Shown here: positions 26,641-38,772 of the stretch, piece after piece
Position numbering within the stretch: position 1 is the first letter of the stretch
Layout of the letters: the number at the start of each line of letters is the position of its first letter
NCBI RefSeq assembly: GCF_006345805.1
Contig: NC_042998.1
Location: 202,244,001-202,308,000, forward strand
Direction of reading: 5' to 3'
Length of the DNA: 64,000 nucleotides
Source: Octopus sinensis
Lineage: Eukaryota
The notes under the pieces: model-generated
The model's database searches: none
What the model saw: only the letters and a program-made list of their open reading frames with translations
Told to the model about the DNA's origin: nothing
Translations under genes and position numbers: made by a program

Positions 26641-26879
26641 TTGCCTTTAACTTAAGTACCGTATTCATCTGACTATATATATATATTTATATATATATAT
26701 ATAAAGAATTTTTTTTCTTTATATATATATATATATAAAGAAAAAACTTGTCGGAGTGAAATATCAGAAATGTCGGAAATGTTTCACATGGGGTTAATTG
26801 TAAGTGGAAAAATAAGTGATGGCATTTGACGGCACTACTCCCACATACATAACAACTAAAATTATATCATAATGTTCAA

Positions 26880-27010
26880 GTTCTAAGTTCAAATTCTGCA
26901 GAGGTCGACTTTGCCTTTAATGCTTTCCGGGTACCAGTCGAACATTGTTGTCGATGTAATAGATTTGCCCCCTCCTTCGAAGTGCCTGACCCTGTTCCAA
27001 AGTTTGAAAC
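26880..27010 (+). mobile_element. SINE family B fragment
   Basis: AGTTCAAATTCTGCAGAGGTCGACTTTGCCTTT matches the family B body. Confidence 0.7.
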
Positions 27011-27744
27011 CAATGTTAAGTTTCCTCTAGGCAGCGCTACCGCGCCGGATACGTACAAACGATATTTCTTGCGACTTTACTTTTTGAGTTCAAATGACAC
27101 CAAGGTTCACTTTTCTTCGCAATTCACTTACTCCTCCCTTGGAATTGCCGAATTTATGCCAGAAATTAAAACCAATATTAAAATTCTTGACACACCTTCA
27201 AGCACTTCATAGTCAAAAAATTCATTAGAGAATATCAGCACCTGAGCCACTGACACACCTTTTCTTTATTTCTGTCATCAAAACTACAATGACGCATGTG
27301 CTCTGATATGCCTATTTGGACAGCGCATTCGCCAAGGCACTCCTATTGTACCAATTTTCCTCTTGGTTTCCCTCCTACTATGTCTAACTTCCGACAGCTT
27401 GCAATAGTCAGTTAAAGTAATATTTGCCGACGTTGTTCACATAAACTATTTCCAAGCGTGACATCAACTTCGGCAGTGACAACTTGCAAGGCTATGATGA
27501 TAAAATTAGGTTCGCCACAAAGCTATAAAATACTTGGTTTCACATCTCCACATGCAAACGCACGCACACACACACATACACACAAACACAAACACACATA
27601 CGCAAAAATTTACACTAACATAAACCAATACAGTCTCGCTCAACGCCTACCAGTCAATAAAGACGCACACAGCCATATCTGTGTATATTATTATTACCAT
27701 TCTTATTCTTCTTCTTCTTATTATTATTATTATTATTATTATTA

Positions 27745-29817
27745 CTCTATGTTTGACTTTTGCTTTATATTTGTACAAGTTGGCTCCAAGTCTCACCCAG
27801 AGACCTCAAGAGACAACAGGGTTGGAAGTTCATGTTGTTGTTATGCCTAGTGTGCCATATATTTGGGGAGTGGGGATGTTGTACTAATGAATGTCTAAAA
27901 AAAAAAATTTTTTTTTTTTTTTTTTTTTTTTAAACCGAAAATTATGGTTGTTTTAAACCTGAGGTTACATAGAGAGTATTTTGCGTAGGATATGAGCAGT
28001 TCCCATGAGCACTATCTTTTGAACTTCTGCCATTTTGGGGTTTCCTGGTATCTGAGTTAGGTAGCTATCAGCCCCTTTTGCTATCATTCCCAGGGCACCT
28101 ATGACAACAGGTATTGTTTTAGTCTTCAGCTTCCACATTTTGCTGATTTCTATTTCAAGATCTTTATATTTGCTCAGTTTTTGGTAGGTCCTGACAGATA
28201 CGTTTATATCGATTGGGACAGTCATATCAATGAGGAGGCATGTTCTTTGTTTGAAGTCTTTCAATATGATGTCTGGCCTATTTGCATCTATCTTCCTGTC
28301 AGTTTGAATGGTGAAGTTCCAGAGAAGTGAGATGTGGTCATTTTCAAGCACTGGGGGTGGTTTGTGTTCCCACCAGTTTTTCTCATGGGGCAACTCCAGG
28401 TTTTTACAGATTACCCAGTGAATATATTGTGCACCTCTATCGTGCCTGTTGAGATACTCTGTAGGCGCTAGAAGACTGCACTTGGAGACCACATGGTCAA
28501 TGGTTTCATTTTGTTGCTTGCATACACGACACGTTGGACTGCTTCTGATCTTTAATATGTTGGCCTGGTAGTTTCTTGTTGGTAGGCATTGATCTTGAGC
28601 TGCTATGATAAACCCCTCTGTTTCAGATTTTAAGCCAGAGGCCATTAGCCATTGATGGGTCAGGGCTTTGTCGATATCTGCATTATTCGCTCTCTTTGGG
28701 TATTTGCCGTAGAGAGGTTTTTCTTGCCATTTATTATTCAGAATATCTAAGGCCGCAGTTTTGGCACGGGTTTTCATGCGCCTAGCTTTTTCTGTGCTTG
28801 TTTCTTGTATGTCTATCTCTAATTCCGAAATTGGTTGTATTCGGAATTCACTTAGATATTCCTTTGCCTGTTTTGTTACTGAGTATGATGCTTTCTTGTT
28901 TTCATGTTTTGCGACAAGTTTAACATCCAGTCCTCAGAGTTTTTCAGGTAGGTGTCTAGGCCAATTGTAGCAATCTTCATTGTTATTGCCAGTTGCAAAA
29001 GACCACGGCCTCCCTCTTTTCTTGGCAGATAGAGTCGTTCTGTATCTGCCTTAGGGTGGTGCATTCTATGCATTGTCAACAGTTTCCTTATTTTTCTGTC
29101 GAGCTGACATATTTCAGTAATTGACCAGTTAACAATATTGAAACTGTAAGTCACGACTGGTATAGCTAATGCATTGATTGCTTCGATCCTGTTTCTTGCA
29201 TTCAGCTCTGTCTTGAGTATTGCTCTCACTCTTCGATAGCATTCTCTCCTGATCCTTTCCTTCATCTCTGAATGCCTTATTCCGTTCCCTTCAATTACCC
29301 CTAGGTACTTGTAGCTCTCCGCTGGTCTAGTTCTTTTATGACATTCTGTTGGTCAGGTTAACGTTAGATGTTTCTGTCATTTTTCCTTTGATAAAGGTAG
29401 CCTTTGCACATTTATCGAGGCCGAATTGCATTCTGATGTCGTCACTGAATTGTTTGACTATCGCTAGTAAGCCCTTGAGTTGTTGATCATTTTTTGCAAA
29501 AAGCTTTAAATCATCCATGTAAACGAGATGATTTATATTTTATCAAACATTTTATACCCGTACTGCGCGTCATTGAGCAACTTTGAGAGAGGTATTAAGG
29601 ATAAACAAAAGAGGAGTGGTGACAGTGAGTCACCCTGGAAATGCCACACGAAATTTTTACATCACCAGCATTTAGGGATTCACTGTCACTGTTCAGAGTT
29701 AGTGTGGTTCTCCATGATCTCATACTTACAGTCAAGAAGTTTCGCAGAGTTGGTGCTATCTTATACATTTCAAGGCATTTCCTAATCCAGCTATGTGGTA
29801 GGCTATCAAAAGCCTTT
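27745..29817 (-). mobile_element. 5'-truncated R4/Dong retrotransposon (second family)
   Basis: Begins at RT motif KAFDSLPH; includes MDDLKLF, LYLPRKEGGRGL, CRVC..ETIDHVVSKC, RHD, NRPDII (ORFs 29336-29518, 28876-29265, 27965-28777). Both ends abut (TAT)n tracts. Confidence 0.95.
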
Positions 29818-29860
29818 TATTATTACTATTATTATTATTATCATTCTTATTATTATCATT

Positions 29861-30417
29861 GAGTGAGCGAGCAGAGCATGCCATCAAAGTGACACTGGGG
29901 TAAAATATACGAAGCCCAGTATACCCATCATGACTACCCGTCTGATAAGGGTACACCAGGCACATGCATCACAACCATATGTGCGCGACATGGTGATCTC
30001 ATATCAAGATAAACAGCACATGACCTTGCAGGTGGAGCCCAGTTAGAATTTTCTTCAGATCGAGTAACCCATCCCGCTCAAAAGGTCCCTGAATAAGGGT
30101 TGTTTAAGGACGTTGAACGAAACACCCATGTTTCCAGAGGTGAATTATTCAAACCCCAAAGAATCCTTCTCAACACATGGCTATGATGCTCCCCCACTAC
30201 CTCTGCTCGTGATCAGAGATGCACATATCGTCAGCCACTAAGGGACATGCTCAACTGGTTAAGGTCAAACAACTGACAAGCAAATATGTGGTATTGAGCA
30301 GAATATTTGTGTAGCCCATCTTTTATACCAAGACAAAACAATGTATATGATAACACTTCCAATCAGTTAAGATCAGAAGCCATGAGAGCCACTGCCTGGT
30401 ACTGCATCAGGGCATTT
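29861..30417 (-). mobile_element. About 557-bp non-coding interspersed repeat flanked by (AAT)n
   Basis: Diverged second copy at 45319-45759; no tRNA head or ORF seen; strand inferred from the AAT tail. Confidence 0.75.
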
Positions 30418-30446
30418 ATTATCATTATTATTATTATTATTATTAC

Positions 30447-30477
<31 letters not shown>

Positions 30478-30510
30478 CTTCTTCTTCTTATTATTATTAT
30501 TATTATTATT

Positions 30511-32510
30511 ATTTTTTATTTTAAGGTAGCAGACCGGTATAATCGTCAGACCGCAAGGCAAAAACAGTAGCATTTCGTCCGTTTTTATATTTTAAGTTTA
30601 AATTCCGCTGCGGTCGACTTTGACTTCCATCCTTTCTTTGTTGATAAAATGCGTACCAATTCGGCGCTGGGTCGATTTCATCTACTTACCCACTCTTATG
30701 AGGTATCTGGCCTTGTGTCAAAATTTCGAACCTTCGTTATTTCTGGTAGGATAAATGTGAGTATTGGGTCATTACCTCTAACCCTAGGTATCTACAAGTT
30801 TTCAGTAGTCTTTCAAATGCTTAGAACCCCTCTGGTAATCCTTGCTCTCCCTAAAAGACAAACCTTCTGTAGGAGCTCTACAGGACATTCTGTTCAGATC
30901 TCCTTCAGCCGTTTCCCTCTATCTTCGCTGACTATTCCCAACGTACCATTGTTATAGGCACGACCTTGACAGTTCTCACACTCCAAACTTTTCCTATTCC
31001 AAATTTTTCGGGTTTTCATGCTCTTAGTTTTACTGCGCTTGTTTGTAGTATGTCTAATTCCGGAATTTGTTGTATTCGGAATTCACTTCGACATTCCTTT
31101 GCCTGTTTTGTTACTGAGTGATGCTTTCGTTTTTCACGTTTTGAGACGTTTTAAGATCCAGTCCTCAGATTTTTTTTCTAAGCCAATTGTGGCAATCTTC
31201 ATTGTTAATGCCAGTTGCAAAAGTCTACGGCCACCCTCATTTCTTGGCAGGTAAAGTTGTTTTATATCTGCCTTAGGTTGGTGCATTCTATGCATTGTCA
31301 ACAATTTTCGTATTTTTCTGTCAAGATTACATATTTCAGTAATTGACCAATTAATGATATTGAATCTGTAAGTCACGGCTGATATGGCTAAAGCATTGAT
31401 CGCTTAAATTGATGTCTTAAATAGTGCTCTCACCCTGCGATAACATTTTCTTCTTATCCTTTCCCTCATCACTGGATGTCTGATCTGTCCCCTTCCAGTA
31501 CCCCTAGGTATTTTTAGCTCTTCTCTGGTTCTAACTCTTTTATGACATTCTGCTGGTCAATGTTAACGTTAGATATTTCCCTTGATAAATGTAGCTTTTG
31601 CACATTTATCGAGGCCAGATTGCATACTGATGTCATCAGTGAATTTTTTAGCAATCGGTCGTATGCCCATAGGTTGTTGGACATATTTTTGCAAAGAGCT
31701 TTAAATCATCAATATAAATGAGATGATTTATATTTTTATCAAACACTTTATAACCGTACCGTGCATCAATGAGCAAGTTTGAGAGATATTAAGGCTAGAC
31801 AAAAGAAGAGTGTTGATAGGGAGTCACCCTGGAAAATGCCACATGAATTCTTACATCACCAGTATTTAGAGATTCATTGTCACTGTTCGAAATCAGTGTG
31901 GTTCTCCATTATCGCATATTTACAGACAAGAGTTTCGCAGATAGGTGCTATTTTATACATTTCCAGACATTACTAAATTCAGTTATGTGGTAGGCTATCA
32001 AAAGCTTTTTATAATGTATCCATACTATCAAGTTTTGTGTCGTTTGTGACAATCTTCTATGATCATCTTAATGATGAGTAGCTGATATTTACAGCCGTAT
32101 GATGCACGTCTACATTCTTTTTGCTCGTTAAGAATGAGTTGCTTTCATTTAAGAGACTGTAGGTATATTCAGTCAGGACAGATGTTAGCGTTTTATACAT
32201 TATTGTTAAGCAGGTTATAGGTCGATAATTTTTTGGTTCATTTGTTTCTTCCTTTTTTGGAAGTAGAAATGTTAAATAATTAACTAACCAAGAGTGCTTC
32301 ATACTAGGATGTTGCAGAAACATCGTTGTAAAGTTTTGTTAGCAGTTCATGACTCTCTGGGAAGGCATTCAAAGAGAAGTTAGGAATTTTATCTTTTCCT
32401 AGAGACTTCCATTTGCTTGACTACCTAAAAGCAGATCTTATATCTTCTACCTTGACACCCTCCACTTTTGCTCCTCTGTGGGTTTTTCTTCTGCCTAAAA
32501 TGTATTCCAA
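30511..32510 (-). repeat. Tandem duplication unit 1 (SINE B fragment plus internally deleted Dong copy)
   Basis: Near-identical to 32556-34560 (offset 2045-2049 bp); RT remnants NYRPITCL and LYLPRNEGGRRLL. Confidence 0.95.
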
Positions 32511-32545
<35 letters not shown>

Positions 32546-32555
32546 TATTATTATT

Positions 32556-34560
32556 ATTTTTTATTTTAAGGTAGCAGACCGGTATAATCGTCAGACCGCA
32601 AGGCAAAAACAGTAGCATTTCGTCCGTTTTTATATTTTAAGTTTAAATTCCGCTGCGGTCGACTTTGACTTCCATCCTTTCTTTGTCGATAAAATGCGTA
32701 CCAATTCGGCGCTGGGTCGATTTCATCTACTTACCCACTCTTATGAGGTATCTGGCCTTGTGTCAAAATTTCGAACCTTCGTTATTTCTGGTAGGACAAA
32801 TGTGAGTATTGGGTCATTACCTCTAACCCTAGGTATCTACAAGTTTTCAGTAGTCTTTCAAATGCTTAGAACCCCTCTGGTAATCCTTGCTCTCCCTAAA
32901 AGACAAACCTTCTGTAGGAGCTCTACAGGACATTCTGTTCAGATCTCCTTCAGCCGTTTCCCTCTATCTTCGCTGACTATTCCCAACGTACCAATTGTTA
33001 TAGGCACGACCTTGACAGTTCTCACACTCCAAACTTTTCCTATTCCAAATTTTTCGGGTTTTCATGCTCTTAGTTTTACTGCGCTTGTTTGTAGTATGTC
33101 TAATTCCGGAATTTGTTGTATTCGGAATTCACTTCGACATTCCTTTGCCTGTTTTGTTACTGAGTATGATGCTTTCGTTTTTCACGTTTTGAGACGTTTT
33201 AAGATCCAGTCCTCAGATTTTTTTTCTAAGCCAATTGTGGCAATCTTCATTGTTAATGCCAGTTGCAAAAGTCTACGGCCACCCTCATTTCTTGGCAGGT
33301 AAAGTTGTTTTATATCTGCCTTAGGTTGGTGCATTCTATGCATTGTCAACAATTTTCGTATTTTTCTGTCAAGATTACATATTTCAGTAATTGACCAATT
33401 AATGATATTGAATCTGTAAGTCACGGCTGATATGCTAAAGCATTGATCGCTTAAATTGATGTCTTAAATAGTGCTCTCACCCTGCGATAACATTTTCTTC
33501 TTATCCTTCCCTCATCACTGGATGTCTGATCTGTCCCCTTCCAGTACCCCTAGGTATTTTTAGCTCTTCTCTGGTTCTAACTCTTTTATGACATTCTGCT
33601 GGTCAATGTTAACGTTAGATATTTCCCTTGATAAATGTAGCTTTTGCACATTTATCGAGGCCAGATTGCATACTGATGTCATCAGTGAATTTTTTAGCAA
33701 TCGGTCGTATGCCCATAGGTTGTTGGACATATTTTTGCAAAGAGCTTTAAATCATCAATATAAATGAGATGATTTATATTTTTATCAAACACTTTATAAC
33801 CGTACCGTGCATCAATGAGCAAGTTTGAGAGATATTAAGGCTAGACAAAAGAAGAGTGTTGATAGGGAGTCACCCTGGAAAATGCCACATGAAATTCTTA
33901 CATCACCAGTATTTAGAGATTCATTGTCACTGTTCGAAATCAGTGTGGTTCTCCATTATCGCATATTTACAGACAAGAGTTTCGCAGATAGGTGCTATTT
34001 TATACATTTCCAGACATTACTAAATTCAGTTATATGGTAGGCTATCAAAAGCTTTTTATAATGTATCCATACTATCAAGTTTTGTGTCGTTTGTGACAAT
34101 CTTCTATGATCATTTTCATGATGAGTAGCTGATCTTTACAGCCGTATAATGCACGTCTACATTCTTTTTGCTCGTTAAGAATGAGTTGCTTTCATTTAAG
34201 AGACTGTAGGTATATTCAGTCAGGACAGATGTTAGCGTTTTATACATTATTGTTAAGCAGGTTATAGGTCGATAATTTTTTGGTTCATTTGTTTCTTCCT
34301 TTTTTGGAAGTAGAAATGTTAAATAATTAACTAATCAAGAGTGCTTCATACTAGGATGTTGCAGAAACATCGTTGTAAAGTTTTGTTAGCAGTTCATGAC
34401 TCTCTGGGAAGGCATTCAAAGAGAAGTTAGGAATTTTATCTTTTCCTAGAGACTTCCATTTGCTTGACTACCTAAAAGCAGATCTTATATCTTCTACCTT
34501 GACACCCTCCCACTTTTGCTCCTCTGTGGGTTTTTTCTTCTGCCTAAAATGTATTCCAAT
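32556..34560 (-). repeat. Tandem duplication unit 2
   Basis: Same sequence as unit 1 with scattered substitutions and indels; bounded by (TAT)n. Confidence 0.95.
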
Positions 34561-34931
34561 TTTATTATTATTATTATTATATTATTATTATTATTATAGT
34601 TGTTGTTGTTATTATTATATCAAGAGCTATTACTATAAGTAATGCCACCCGCTGAAAGGGGACTCTAAAATGAAACTACTTCAAAACATTTCTCCTCTGT
34701 TCATTCCCTTGAATTCGGTGCGTGTGTATATATGTTGCAGTAGTTTGATTTTAGAGGCCTCTTACAGATTGTGGCTTTACTAATAGGAATAGCTCTTGAT
34801 ATAACAATAAATGTTATAAATAGGCGAAATATTTATGTACTTTGTATTAATTTCTTCCTTAACTGGTTTTGCAAGCTGGTTACTTGATAAAATCTTATAG
34901 AGATTTTATCCTTATATGTGTCTGTGTGCGT

Positions 34932-35255
34932 GTGTATGTATGTATGCATGTATGTATTATGTATGTATTATGTATGTATGTATATATGTATGTATCTATA
35001 TATGTATGTATGTATCATGTATGTATGTATGTATGTATGTATTATGCATGTACGTATTATGTATGTATTATGTATGTATGTATGTATGTATGTATATATG
35101 TATGTATCTATCTATGTATGTATCATGTATGTATGTATGTATTATGTATTATGCATGTATGTATGTATGTATGTGTGTATGTATGTATGTATCATGTATT
35201 TATGTATGTATGTATGTGTGTATGTATGTGTGTATGTATGTATGTATGTATGTAT
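34932..35255. repeat. Degenerate (TATG)n tetranucleotide array
   Basis: Direct reading. Confidence 0.95.
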
Positions 35256-35753
35256 AGGCAAATGGGAAGTGAAAAACAGGAAAAATCGGCAAAAGTCAAT
35301 GAATGAGACGTCCCTAATGATTCGTTTGACGTTCCGTAAATATTTCAGATGAAAAATAGCAGTAGAAACGACGTTTTGTGCATGGCTAATCGTTGGAAGA
35401 TTGGGAAATGAAGGAAGGAGAACGTACTCCATGAAAAGGGCGTATGTTGTTATATGACCGAAAAACAGCTGACCGGAATTGGGAGAGATAGAGAACGTGG
35501 TTTTTGACGGTGGGAGGTTGCAGAAATCACAATAACTCTGTGAGTATTTGAGTAGGGGGGTGTACTTGTGTGTGTATGTGTGTGTGCTAGTGTTTGTGAG
35601 GTTCTGTTTGTTGTATGTGTGTACCGTTATCTATATATATTCCGAATTTGTGAAAATGTGTGTAGAATAATATAACGCTTGAATACAGTTAAAACATGGC
35701 TTCGTTTCGACATTTTTATTATTGCATTTAAAAAATTTACAATGTTGAGGTGT

Positions 35754-36167
35754 ACTCTTTTACTCTTTTACTTGTTTCAGTCATTTGACTGCGGCCATGC
35801 TAGAGCACCGCCTTTAATCGAGCAAATCGACCCCGGGACTTATTCTTTTTGTAAGCCCAGTATTTATTCTATCGGTCTCTTTTGCCGAACCGCTAAGTAG
35901 CGGGGACATAAACACACCAGCATCGGTTGTCAAGCGATGTTGGGAGGACAAACACAGACACACAAACACATACACACACATGTATATATATATATATATA
36001 TACATATATACGACAGGCTTCTTTCAGTTTCCGTCTACCAAATCCACTCACAAGGCTTTGGTCGGCTCGAGGCTATAGTAGAAGACACTTGCCCAAGGTG
36101 CCACGCAGTGGGACTGAACCCGGAACCATGTGGTTGGTAAACAAGCTACTTACCACACAGCCACTCC
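35754..36167 (-). mobile_element. SINE family A, full length, between 136-bp direct repeats
   Basis: Minus-strand head CAGGAGTGGCTGTGTGGTAAGTAGCTTG; AGTAAAAG-type tail; flanks 35618-35753 and 36168-36303 match. Confidence 0.95.
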
Positions 36168-37483
36168 TGTGTACCGTTATCTATATATATTCCGAATTTG
36201 TGAAAATGTGTGTAGAATAATATATCGCTTGAATAAAATTAAAACATGGCTTCGTTTCGACGTTTTTTATTATTGCATTTAAAAAATTACAATGTTGAGG
36301 TGTGATAAACATTAAAATATATTCTGTAATGTTCATAATGTTCAATTAGTGTTGTCATATGTTCGTAGTAATTATCAGATTTCCAAACGTATTTAACCGA
36401 CAGTTGAGTTTTTGACAACTGTAGTAAAATGACTGACTCCCTCCGTTATATACCTTTTAGAAGGCTCCAGCGAACTGAATTTTTCTAATACGATTCTGAC
36501 CAATCCGCATGCAGCTTATAAGTCACGGTTTGCCGGGCGCATTACCGGCATAGATCCCCACCTTTATTTTAATCAATCAGCTGGCGGTTTACATGCAGGG
36601 GTTTTATGAATGAGCAAACTTAGTTTTGAACCTTTTTATTTCAATTGATAGAAATCTTCTGTAATTTGTTTATATTCCTGTGTTAATTTTTTTTTTTTTT
36701 GAAATCTACATCATTGACTGTTTGTTATATTATTGTTGTTATTTCCGTTCAGAACAATTTTCTACATTTTAATAAAGCGTGGTCTTTTTCTCTTTCTTCC
36801 AGCCTCATGTGTGTCGTGTAGTTTCTGGAAAGGAAAAATTAGAAATATATAGAAACATCTGTTTCTATATTGTCGCTCAATGTAACTTGGCAAACATTAA
36901 GTGTTCCGGATTTGTTGCCTGTGGACTCGTGAGCGTTCCGATAATGCATTCTTTGTCTCCCCCATGTATAGTTCTTCGCAATTGGGGTATTTAATGCAGT
37001 AGGTCAAATTTCTGTGTTTGTAGTTCATATCTGCATTTCCGAAAATCTGTCCATTTGTGTTCTAATGGTTCTGCCAGTATGCCTGTATTGTCACTTCCAA
37101 ATCTGTTATCATTACGCTAGAATACTGTAAATGTGTTATCCGGTTTGTTCATGTTGAATTTTGCCTTTGTTAATAGTTTCTTTAGCTTATGTGGTTGCCT
37201 TTTGTTTAAGATAACTGCTTGATTAGTTATGTTTTTTTTTTAATTTTTCCTTTTGTTTCATGATTGGCAAATTTGATTTTATGATGTTAAAAATATTTTT
37301 CAATATAGGTTTTGTTCCAATATCCCAATACTGAGTTAGCGAAAACTGGAGCAAATTGCATCCTCATAGCTGTGCCTCGATTGTGTGTTACTAGTAATGG
37401 CATTGTGTTCCGTTGATGGGATAGTCTTTCTCATGTTGCTCTAAGTTTTTCCATAGGTTTCTCTTTTCCTCGTTGTATACTGG

Positions 37484-37818
37484 ATGGATGGAAGCACTCC
37501 GTCGGTTACGACGACGAGGGCTCCGGTTGATCCGAATCAACGGAACAGACTGCTCGTGAAATTAACGTGTAAGTGGCCGAGCACTCCACAGACACGTGTA
37601 CCCTTAACGTAGTTCTCGGGGATATTCAGCGTGACACAGAGAGTGACAAGCCCGACCCTTTGAAATGCAGGTACACCTGAAGCAGGAAGTAAGAGTGGGA
37701 GAAAGTTGTGGTGAAAGAGTACAGCAGGAATCACCACCATCCCCTGCCGGAGCCTCGTGGAGCCTTAGGTGTTTTCGCTCAATAAACACTCACAAAGCCC
37801 GGTCTGGGAATCGAAACC
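37484..37818 (-). mobile_element. SINE family C, 5'-truncated
   Basis: Reverse-complement match to 2227-2614. Confidence 0.9.
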
Positions 37819-38553
37819 ATTGTATACTATTTTCTATAAGTAAGAAGGAGTATTTTTACTCTAGGAATTAAGAGAGGAAGACTGATAAATGTTATTACGA
37901 AACAAGAAGAAAAACTTTTCTCTGTACATAAGTGATAAAATACGTTCCATAAGTCTTATGTTACTGGTATTTGGTTCATCTACTATAATACAGACTTTTC
38001 TGGATAGACACTACGCAATGTTGCGTTTTGTGTGTAGAGTGGCATTATTTGAAATTTAGGTACTGGTGTGTATCTGTGTTTTTGTAATGAATATCAGTTT
38101 TGAGTGCGTTGTTGTTTTTAATCAAGAAATGGTAATTTTGTGTTGCTCATTTTTCTTGTGAATTTGAAACTAGGGTGTAGATTGTTGAGGATGGTGCTGA
38201 ATTCTTCCGAATTTTCCAGCGATTTGGACCAAATTAGGAAACAATCATCGAGTATCTTTTCCATGTGTTCTCTAGATGTCCTTTACAGGTCATTTTTTAA
38301 ATATAGGTTTTGCTTCAATATCCCAATACTGAGATCGCGAAAACGTGAGCAAATGGCCCCGAAATTGGAGGTAATTTTTTTTCCGTTGAAAAGGAATGTA
38401 TTGTCTTCGAGGATGAGGCAGTTACAGTAAATCTATTGAGGACCACATCTCTTTGTTTCGCGACCCATATTTTATGGAAATATTACCCAAATCATGCAGG
38501 ATGTTAGTATATAAGTTTGTTACATCGAAACTAACAGTGAATTAGATTCTGTT

Positions 38554-38772
38554 TTGAGCTGGCAGAATCGTTAGCACGCCGGGCGAAATGCTTAGCGATA
38601 TTTCATCTGCCGTTACATTCTGAGTTCAAATTCCGCCGAGGTCGACTTTGCCTTTCAGGGTCGATAAAATACGTACTAGTTACGTACTGGAGTCGATATA
38701 ATCGACTTAATCCGTTTGTCTGTCCTTGTTTGTCCCCTCTATGTTTATCTCCTTGTTGGCAATAAAGAAATA
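38554..38772 (+). mobile_element. SINE family B inserted in the Penelope RT
   Basis: Family B sequence; TSD AGATTCTGTT at 38544-38553 and 38773-38782. Confidence 0.92.

Noticed and set aside
27240-27420. RTE-like LINE 3' remnant (GKPRGK...DRNK)
   Set aside because: Similarity is too short and too degraded to call.
30649-33302. ORFs 30649-30957 and 32694-33302 (202 aa) on the + strand
   Set aside because: Antisense read-through of a SINE fragment plus decayed Dong sequence.
36655-36716. SECIS-like AUGA...GA hairpin in the Penelope 3' UTR (minus strand)
   Set aside because: Only about 7 pairs, mostly A-U or G-U, around a poly(A) loop; expected by chance in AT-rich DNA, and the ORF is too decayed to judge in-frame UGA.
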